Below are positions 1 through 64,000 of a stretch of DNA of 64,000 nt, piece by piece (the first letter of the stretch is position 1; every line of letters starts with the position of its first letter). The notes under the pieces were generated by a model that searched no databases, was not told the origin of the DNA, and worked only from the letters and a program-made list of their open reading frames with translations. This stretch comes from Octopus vulgaris (taxonomy: Eukaryota): contig OX597816.1 in NCBI GenBank assembly GCA_951406725.2, positions 181,536,001 through 181,600,000 on the forward strand. The letters run 5' to 3'. The position numbers were made by a program, and so were the translations under genes.

Positions 1-265
1 GGTTTATACGTGGTCGCTCTATCTGCTAGAAATAGTAACCAAACTTCCACCAGTCCTACGTCAATGTGTCTATCTTTTATTCTTTTAATATTTTAAGTTG
101 TTTCTGTCATTTGATTGCGGCTTTGCTGGGGCACTACCTTAAAGAGTTTAGTTGAATAAATTGACTCCAGCACGTCTCATTTTTAAAAAAAAAGTTTTAT
201 CATTCTATTGGTCTCAGTTGGCGGAATGTAAACAAGTTAACAGCTGTCAAGCGGTGGTGGAACAC

Positions 266-313
<48 letters not shown>

Positions 314-957
314 ATTCCTATCGTTAATACTTATATTATATAAGCTCCGATGAGAAAAACTCCAAGAACCCAGAAATCTTTGGAAGTGAGGCCTATTTTT
401 TATAGAGACAAGAGGACAGTTTTAGGTGCCTTGTGATTGAATTTATTAGACAGAAGCTTTGTGGAAGTCTGTCGTTGTGTGTGTGTGTGTGTCACCCCTC
501 CCTAAAACCGGTGTTGGCTGGTTTACGTCACAGTAATATATCGGTTCAGCAAAAGAGACCGGCAGAACAAGTACCAGACTTAAAGACAAAAATAAAAATT
601 GGGGTCGATTTTTTGGACAAAACCCTTCAAGGCGGCACCCCAGTATGGCCGCAATCCAATGACTAAAACAAGTAAAAGATCTGTATTCTTGTACTTACAG
701 ACATTTAAGCTATTCATCTTCAATTAACGACAGCTGGTTAATTACTCTTGCAAATAACAGGTGTAACCATTTCACCGATCAGTTTGCTTATTAGAAACGT
801 TTACTCGCTACTTTAACGAGTCAAGAGTTTCGTGAACTGCTTCACGTCTATATTCTCTATTAACTTGACTGCAAAGAGGTTGACCCCTCTTCTAAGCCAT
901 TCGCCAACATAAACATATATACTTTCTTTCTTTTCTCTGTCTGTCTGTCTGTCTGTC

Positions 958-1001
<44 letters not shown>

Positions 1002-1617
1002 CCTCTCTCTCTTTCTCTCTCTCTGCACGCATCTGTTTGAAAAAGGATTAGTGTCCGAAATATTAAACTTTCCTTCGCGGCAAGGGCAGGGCTTTGTGAT
1101 TAAGGAGCTAGCGCTGGAACCACGAGGTTTCCGGTTCAGTCCCACTTTGAGCTAGTGTTTCCTGCTATGGACCCGGGCCAACCAATGCTTTGTAAATGTA
1201 TTTTGATGAGGGAAACTGTGTGGAAACTCATCCTATATCTATATGTCTGTGTGTGCTTCTTTGTGTTTGTCCCCCACCCACCGCTTGCGGTTCGGCAAAA
1301 GAGACCGATCGAATAAATATCAAACTTAACCCATCAAAGTAAGCCCCAGCATGGCCGCAGTTGTATAGCTGAAACAAAAGAAACTGAATTATTTGCAATA
1401 AATAAATCGCTTAAAGAGAAGTGGTACGTATTTCGAAATAAGTATTACTAACACGCATGCGCAAGTGTGGCTGTGCGGTAAGAGGTTTGCTTCCTAACCG
1501 CATTGTTCCGGGTTCAGTCTCACTGTGTGACACCTTGGGCAAGTATCTTCTATATGACCTCAGGCCGACCAAAATGTTATAAGTGGATATGGTGGACGGA
1601 GACTGAAAGAAGCCCGT

Positions 1618-1726
<109 letters not shown>

Positions 1727-1727
1727 G

Positions 1728-1842
<115 letters not shown>

Positions 1843-1847
1843 TATAG

Positions 1848-1878
<31 letters not shown>

Positions 1879-1888
1879 TATAGATATA

Positions 1889-2108
1889 GGCGGCGAGCTG
1901 GCAGAAACGTTAGCGCGCCGGGCGAAATGCTCAGCGGTATTTCGTCTGTCGCTACGTTCTGAGTTCAAATTCCGCCGAGGTTGACTTTGCCTTTCATCCT
2001 TTCGGGGTCGATAAATAAAGTACCAGTTTCGCACTGGGGTCGATATAATCGACTTAATCCCTTTGACCGTCCTCTCCATGTTTAGCCCCTTGTGGGTAGT
2101 AAAGAAAT
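1889..2108 (+). mobile_element. SINE family B (representative copy)
   Basis: ggcggcgagctggcagaaacgttagc...gagttcaaattccgccgagg-ttgactttgcctttcatcctttcggggtcgataaa-aagtaccag. The core resembles the Meta-type SINE central domain (from recall). Other copies at 6528-6689(-), 11583-11990, 42161-42373, 44255-44457(-), 53355-53905, 53977-54195, 60443-60645, 60663-60877. Confidence 0.8.
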
Positions 2109-3548
2109 ATATATATATATATATCATTGCTATTATGTTAATCTGTCGTATGTCCCAATTTGGTTAAATGCGCTTTTTGAAATATTTATTTTTTCTTGCA
2201 AAAGTTGGTTCTTTTAGTCAAACTATCGTATCTCCGACTGCTTCAGATGCCAAGATACAAAAATTGTCAAAGTGTAGTACAACTGTTTTGCTATGGAATG
2301 GTGAAACAATTTGTTCGTCTTCAGAAAAAGTAATGTTTTGGACATACGACACTTTTACATAATAGCAACGATATGTGTGTGTGTACCAGCACCACTTGAT
2401 AACCGGTGTTGGTGTGTTTACGTCCCCGTCCCTTAGAGACTCGGCTAAATAGGCCGATAGAATAAGTACCATGCTTTATAAAGACATAAGTACTAGAGTC
2501 GATTTGTCGCAGTCTAATGACTAAAATAAAAAATACAAGATACAAAATATATATGCAGAAAATCAAAATGATACTTGAAGAAAAGTCGATTTGCTCGACT
2601 AAAGGCGGTGCTCCAGCATGGCCACAGTCAAGTGACTGAAACAAGTACAAGAATAAAAGAGTAAAAGACTAAAGTGAAAGCATTCAACCGATGATCATCC
2701 CAGCTTTTTTGTTCGACCCACTTTACCCCAAACTACATCGTTCAATGAGATCTGTCGCCTATTTTGTTTTAAAGGTAGATGAACTTGAGATTCGACTGGT
2801 ATTTCTAGCAGGTTGAGCAACCATGTAGAGGCTCTTACGTTGTTTGACAGATTAATGTCAATATACCAGAGATTTCTTTCAGCATATTTAGTTTCTATTC
2901 ATATGAATTTGGCATTCAAAAATTTAATAGTGTTAAGTGAAGATTAGCTTTCGGTTTAAATCTGTGGACCTAATCTACCTACACGCTAGTCTAGATTAGA
3001 CAAATGATTTTGCTCTCAGATGTTGCACAAATCCTTTTTCTTGGCCCATGACTTAGACGTTTCACTAAGCAAGTGTGTAGGCTTTTTTTTTTAGTCAGAG
3101 AACAGCAGTGTTATAACTTAAGACCTGAGGACACCTATTGCAAGAAAACGCAATAGTAAAGTGGACACTAGCGTATTTTATATCGTACAAGAAAATTTAA
3201 TTGAATGAAAATACAACTCTAAAACAGATTATCAAGATGGTGAATTCATGTGAAACAACCCTGAAATTTTTAATAAAAATATATGGAATGCAATGGGGAG
3301 GAAGTCTGATCCATGGTATTATACTTTCAAGTATCTTTCAGTCTTATTGGACCTCTTTAGCATCCCATTTTTTCAAAAATAGCTCAGCGCCTCATTTCAG
3401 AAATAGCGTTTTTCAAAATCTCTCATCCTTTGCATGTTAAATAAAACGCAGATTAATTTGGGTCAAATAGAAGCTAATTTTGCGCACTGGTTTGTTTTTG
3501 ATATGTTCTTGAACTATCTCTTCCAACATGTGCATCGTTTTGGATAAG

Positions 3549-3554
3549 GTGAGG
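3549..3554 (+). other. Candidate splice donor of an upstream non-coding (5'UTR) exon
   Basis: AAG|GTGAGG donor-like site in repeat-free sequence. Exon 1 has an acceptor just 2 nt before its ATG, so an upstream exon is expected, but its position is not proven. Confidence 0.3.
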
Positions 3555-5607
3555 ATTTATATACATGAGTGTGTTTTCTGTTCACTGATAACACACGCCC
3601 GATTGATATCTAAACCAAACAAACTTTTTTTTAATGCGTTGAAAATATAAGCATTATACTTGGTTTCAATACTGCATTCTTAGAAAAAAATCCTGCCTTC
3701 CCCCGAACACTCAGCTTCCCCTTAATATTTGCCAGTTCATTGTCAGCTCACAATGTCTCCATTAGTTTAACCGTTAGTGAGGATCTTTAGAAGACAAGAA
3801 CATTATATGATGTCTGTGAAGGACTAAAAAATGGCAATGAAACTTAAAGGAATGACTTTGAATAAAAGTAAAAAGAAGTTGTGGACGCCAGATGCATTTA
3901 AAATGTGTAGCATGATTTTAAATTTCACTCATGTATGAAATCCATCGAGCTTTCACTCATTTGCCTTGAACAAACGCGTGTTGTTATTCGGAAAGATAAT
4001 CTCTTGTTTGAGTAAACAACATTTCTGACCAGAAGAAAGGATTAATTTATACATTACGACAGCATTTGGAGAATATAAAGAAAATGCCACGACGAATGAT
4101 TTTCTTCAACTCTATTCTTTAATGAAATCTTTCAAAGCGTTAGATCAAAGCAAAATTCATTTGCTATCGAACTTGCGTAACGATGGATTTTCTTTTTTTT
4201 TTTTGCTGTATAAACATGTTCACAATAATATTGTAATTATTCCTTGTACAAGTATTTATGAATATATATTTTCTTATTTGCACTTGTAAAGAATTGGAGC
4301 ACCAACATTGTCTGTGTTTATATATGCACATAATAGTGTTATATTTGGGAAAATAGATAATTTATAACACAATCTCGAGTCCTGAGATTGACGTCAATAG
4401 AATTAGTCCTGTAATCGCCTTGTTTTTCAGTAGCTTAGTTTTACTCACATTTACTATCTCAATTTATTAAATATGCGTATCAGTATTCTTTGATTAAATG
4501 AAATGGGGAAAACAATACCTGGTTGAATAGTTATGTGTTATTTTTTATTCTTTTGGACTTCGGTCAAATCAGCCCCACTACTTATTTTTAAGTCGAGTGC
4601 TTATTGTAACGATTTCTTTTGCCAAACAGGCTGTTCAGCGGTGAGTCATAAACACAAAGGCGGACACACACACACACACATGCACGCCGCGCGCGCGTCA
4701 GGCTTTTAGGTTGTATTGGAGCCGATATAATAGATGGTACTCTCGAAGCTCCAACACAACCACTGTCTAATGACTGAAACCAGTAAGAAAAAATAAACCA
4801 GTATCATTGATGATTGATTTCTATAAATTCCTTTGATTTATATATCAAATTATACCAACTGTATTTCATTATTTCTGAATTCTGTAAAAGCCAATGACTT
4901 CCACAAACTGTTGTCATATAGCCCCAGGTCAGTTACCCAAGGTAGACTAATGGGTTAAATGCGTTTAAACTGCAACATTCTCTTCTGTTGTTGTTTAGCT
5001 TCAAACTGGCTATGATTGAATAAACTTTTACTAAAACATATGATCACTTATTTACTTACTTAAGCCCTTTGCTCCCTTTGGGGGAAAGGCTATCTACAAC
5101 TTTCCTCTACAGTTCTTGACTCTGGATTCAAAACCAACCTGTCCTGAAGAATTTGAATTGTCATTAATCCTTCTGAAACTTCGCTTTTTTTTTCTATATA
5201 GAGGTATTGGCCCTGTGCAAACCTATTTTTATTTCTGGGAAGAGATAGTCCATATTAATGTGGCCCTACCCTTTGACACTGTGTTTCAATGCACAGTACT
5301 CAGGATAATTGATTTCTTATTGATCCCTGGATCAGCTCCAACAAAGTAGTCCTGTGATAAAAAAACGTTTCGCTGCTTTTTCTCTCTTTTCGGTCCACTT
5401 CGGTCTACAGTATCCAATGTATTTTTCCTTTATTTGTTTTTAAAGATGACCTGATGTAATTTGAGAGATTTGGCTGTTGTTTCTTGCAGATCGAGTGGTC
5501 ATGTTGGGGTTTCCTCTCTTTTTTTTTTAAACGTTTGTCTTGTGTTTTGTATTAATATCCATATAGAAATAGTTTCTAGTTTAACTGTCAATTTTTTTTT
5601 TTCAGAA

Positions 5608-59803
<54,196 letters not shown>

Positions 59804-60013
59804 TCATATTACATCACTCAGTCAGTCTGTCAATAACTCCTCTCAGATTTGGGGCTTTTCGCTAGATCCATTTATTACTCTACGTTTCAAACAAGCTAAT
59901 ACGACATCCCTGAATTTGAAAATGAAAAATATTTTAACAGAATTTTACTTACCCTAATTTTAGTGATTTTAAAACCCCAACAAAAACGGGCATTTTATGA
60001 CAACGATAATAAT

Positions 60014-60019
60014 AATAAA
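60014..60019 (+). promoter_or_regulatory. Candidate polyadenylation signal
   Basis: AATAAA about 210 nt after the stop codon, with T/GT-rich sequence downstream. Confidence 0.3.
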
Positions 60020-60380
60020 GATTAAGAAAAAAACCCAAAGAGAAAAATACAGTTTTCTCTCCAGAATCCAAGTTTTATTTTGTATCTTTGTATTTTAACA
60101 AGACTGTTGTAAAATGTTTTATATTCACATTTTGTATAAAAAAAGAAAACAACAAAGAAAGCCAGACATATTTAGACCACTTATTTGTGTATATATACTT
60201 AAGGAATGTTTATTTCACGATGTCTAAAGAAAACAAGAGAGAAAGAAAATTCAATAATTTTTCCTTTTTTCTTCGAGTGTATCAAAGTGCGCCTGCGCGC
60301 GTCTTTATTGACAATTCACAATTTTATTCACATTTATCTATGTCCAAATCTTTCTTGCTTTTTTCATTGATATTAATTTC

Positions 60381-60422
<42 letters not shown>

Positions 60423-61876
60423 TATTATTATTATTATTATAGTAAGGCGGTGAGCTGGCAGAATCGCTAGCGCGCCGGACGAAATGTTTAGCTACGTTCT
60501 AAGTTCAAATTCCGCCGGGGCTAGCTTTGCCTTTCATCCTTTCGGAGTCGATAAATTAAGTACCAGTGAAACACTGGGGTCGGTGTAATCGACTTATCCC
60601 CTCGCACCAAAATTTCAGGCTTTGTACTTTTAGTCGAAAGGATTAATATTATTATAATCCAGAAGGCAGCGAGCAGGCTGAATCGTTAACATGTCGGACA
60701 AAATACTTAGCGGCATTTCGTCCGTTTTTACATTTTAAGTACAAATACCGCGGTGGTCGACCTTTCCTGTTATCTTAGATGCTCGATAAGATATGTACCA
60801 GTCAAGTACTGGGATCGATGGAACCGACTTCCATTTCCCCCCAAAACTGCTGGCCCTGAACCAAAATTTGAAACCATTTTAACAATAATTCAGATTTGGA
60901 TGATCAAATGACATTTCAGTTCTATTTCGTAGTTTTTAAACATTTTTTGCTGTAGATTTTTCCATTTTCTTTCTTCTCACTTCCATTTTATTATATCCAA
61001 CAAAGAAACAAACCTCCTTAACCATTTCATTTTGTATATTTAATCTTTTATTTTAGTTTTTTTTAATATATATATTATGATATGTATACAATGAAATATA
61101 TAAAATACAATAAAAAAACAACACAAAAACGTATCAAGTCTCATCATTCTTCTCTTGGAACTTCCCATTAAATCAAACAATCGATGTATGTGCTTATGGG
61201 GCCCTTTCTTGCCCCTACTCCACCAACTCTGCTGCACCCCATGGTTCGACTTTGTCCCCACTCTTCCTTCTATAAATCAGTGAAATATTTACTCTTATGC
61301 CTAAACACGTCTTCCTTTAGGCAGCTGATACGACTTTTCATTCTTCCCTCGCCTTTCACAAACATGCATTATCCATGTGCAACCAAATCGCCATGTGCCA
61401 AACCTGCACTGATTCCATGGAGAGAGATCTCGAAAATATTCGCATCATGGATGGATATTTTGGAAGTCTCTGGTCATGGAATCAGCCAAAGAAAAAATAC
61501 TATCGCCTCTTTTTAACAACCCAAAAGAAGAAAAACTATTCATGTCAACAGGAAAGAAACAAAAAAGATATCGTATCAGTCACCCATTAAACAAGAACGG
61601 TTCGCAACCACATGGTTTCGGATTCAGTCCCACTGCGTAGCACCTTGGGCAAGTATCTTCTACTATAGCCTCGAGCCGACCAAAGCCTTGTGAGTGGATT
61701 TGGTAGACAGAAACTGAAAGAAGCCCATCGTATATATGGAACTCGACTGAGGATAGAAAGCTCCGAATGACACGTCCTTGTTTTCTTTGTATCGTCTGTC
61801 TGGATGTTTTGCGTTCTGGTCCCATTTCTTATTTTTTTATATATAAAAAATATAGCGGCGTATGTACACTTTGGAC

Positions 61877-61934
<58 letters not shown>

Positions 61935-62020
61935 TATGTATGTATGTATGTATGTATGTATGTATGTATGTATGTATGTATGTATGTATGTATGTATGTA
62001 TGTATGTATATATGTATGTA

Positions 62021-62053
<33 letters not shown>

Positions 62054-62441
62054 ATATATATGTATATATATATGTATGTATGTATATGTATGTATGTATA
62101 TGTATATATATATATGTATGTATATATGTATGTGTATATATATATATAGTGTGTGTGTGTTTGGAACACCACCATTCCTTGACAACCGATGTTGGTGTGT
62201 TCACGTCCCCGTAACTTAGCGGTTCGACAAAAGAGAACGATAGAATAAGTCCTGGGGTCGATTTGTTCGACTAAAGGCGATGCTCCAGCATGGCCGCAGT
62301 GAAATGACTGAAACAAATAAAAAAGAAAAAAGAACTAAAGCTCCACCAAGTGTTGGGCCTCAGGATGACTGAGAAACCTGGGTCAAATCCCATTTTTGAT
62401 ATTAGCAAGGACCGCTTCCCAAAGACTCATTTCTTTCGGAC

Positions 62442-62498
<57 letters not shown>

Positions 62499-63795
62499 AC
62501 CCTCACACGTCTGGGTCGGCGTGCTGCAGATGCACATTGAGATATTTTAGATCGTATCTACCCAAAGTCCATTCAACTGATTGTTATAAGGTTATTTGAA
62601 GGTGCAATTCAGCCCGCAGCCATGACGTTTCCCCCGCTTATCTTTTCCGGTGCTCTTGTAATAAACAATGCTCCTCCGAGTTCACTGCTACCAACTCCAA
62701 TAACGCATTTCAGCTGACTTGTCGCTCCTCCTCCCACCACCCATGTTGTGTCAAACCTTTCCTCACGCCTCCGACACCTCATGCGTAATTCCTCCTCCCC
62801 TGAATGTTAATCCCTCCAGAAGTCCATTCAACCTTATTCATGTCTTTGTGTCGACAGCTTAAGTGGAATATGAATGACGTCAGTTCAATTCTCGGAGAGC
62901 GTGCAAGGGCCATGGACATTGTCCCTTACTTAGTACCCAACAAGTAAAAATGTTTCTCGAAGATTTCCTTATATATTAAGGATTCTTTTTCAAACTGAAA
63001 ATAAAGCGTGGATGTGAGGTAAAATTCCCTTCGCGATCAGATTTCGCTGGGCGACTCCTTGGGTGGGTGTCTTTTGCAGTAGACTTGGCTTGACTTACGC
63101 ACTGTGTGTGGAATATGGTACACAGAAACTGCACCTAAGTCCATCAAGTAAAAATAAGAGCTAGAGCTACAACTGCAAGTCGTCTCGTCCGATGCTCTAT
63201 TAATTCTGCCAATCCACTGCTCTGGATTGCTACTTTATTTTATCGACCCCCCAAAAGAATGAAAGCCAAAAGTCGACCTTTGTGAAATCCGAGTACAAAG
63301 AATCAGATCAAATACTTCATGATGTTCTATCTGAGATTAAAAGCTCTGCCGACTTACTATTCATGTAATTGTTGTGTGACCTTCACCGTGGTTAATCAAC
63401 CAATCTCAACATGCTGGGATTCACGGCACGGGATGTACTTCCGATCGCTGAATACAAAACGCGGTTCATGAGACCTCCGTTCGGGTGATTTTTCTGGGTT
63501 ACCATCTCACACTTGTACGCCAATACATCGTAAGGTTACCGATTTGTAGTTGACTGGACTGAAGCTACGTGAAGTCAAGTGTTTTGTTGAAGAACACAAC
63601 GCTCAACCGGTTTGGGAATCGAAATCACGATCTCGCGATCCCGAGTGCAACAGCCTAACCACTGGGCCATTACCTTAGTAGGCACTCTTAGATTGGTCAG
63701 ATGAATGCAGCTAATATTGAGTTTGAACCTGAATAGGCTGACGCCTACTGGGAAAACAATGGCCTGAATGGAACCAAGAGGAGGCTTCTAATATA

Positions 63796-64000
63796 CGGGA
63801 TGTTCGGATTAAATTTGACACTTTACGTAAGAGAAAAAGTAAACAATATCCCACCCTCAAATAAAAGATTATGGCTGGAAGATAACAGTTGACTCAAAGT
63901 AGCCGCCCTCAGCTTCCACCACAACCTAAAGACGGCTCTGGAAGTTGGCGCAAGCGTTCCTCACTGTATTCCGTCGAAGACCTTCGAACATCTCCTTAAT
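63796..64000 (-). mobile_element. Tc1/mariner-type transposon 3' end (runs out of window)
   Basis: Minus strand IKEMFEGLRRNTVRNACANFQSRL*VVVEAEGGYFE resembles a Tc1-family transposase C-terminus; TA-flanked end tacgggatgttcgg. Confidence 0.65.

Noticed and set aside
61745-61785. ctgagga...gaatgacacgtc hammerhead-like motif inside a SINE
   Set aside because: GAAA is broken and there is no convincing stem I or II.

Overview
Eukaryotic, AT-rich, repeat-dense genomic DNA. The SINE and microsatellite landscape looks like an octopus (coleoid cephalopod) genome, which is an inference. Nearly the whole window is one + strand gene encoding an SLC12A cation-chloride cotransporter of the Na-K-2Cl (NKCC/SLC12A1-2-3) branch. 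I reconstructed 23 phase-consistent coding exons by hand, from ATG 5608 to TGA 59803, giving about 1089 aa once a single extra base in exon 17 is removed. That base creates a premature stop as written. One intron is GC-AG. The introns hold tRNA-derived SINEs, CR1/L2-type and RTE-type LINE relics, two non-autonomous Helitrons, hAT and Tc1/mariner-type MITEs, foldback elements and very long microsatellites. The most unusual content is a set of Penelope-like retroelement derivatives carrying minimal type I hammerhead ribozyme motifs. One is a ~945-bp foldback with an intact hammerhead in each ~200-bp inverted arm (28351-29294). Another family, in three copies, places a tRNA-like Pol III module directly upstream of its hammerhead and, in two of them, directly downstream of a GIY-YIG ORF end. 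Most ORFs in the supplied track are microsatellite artefacts.
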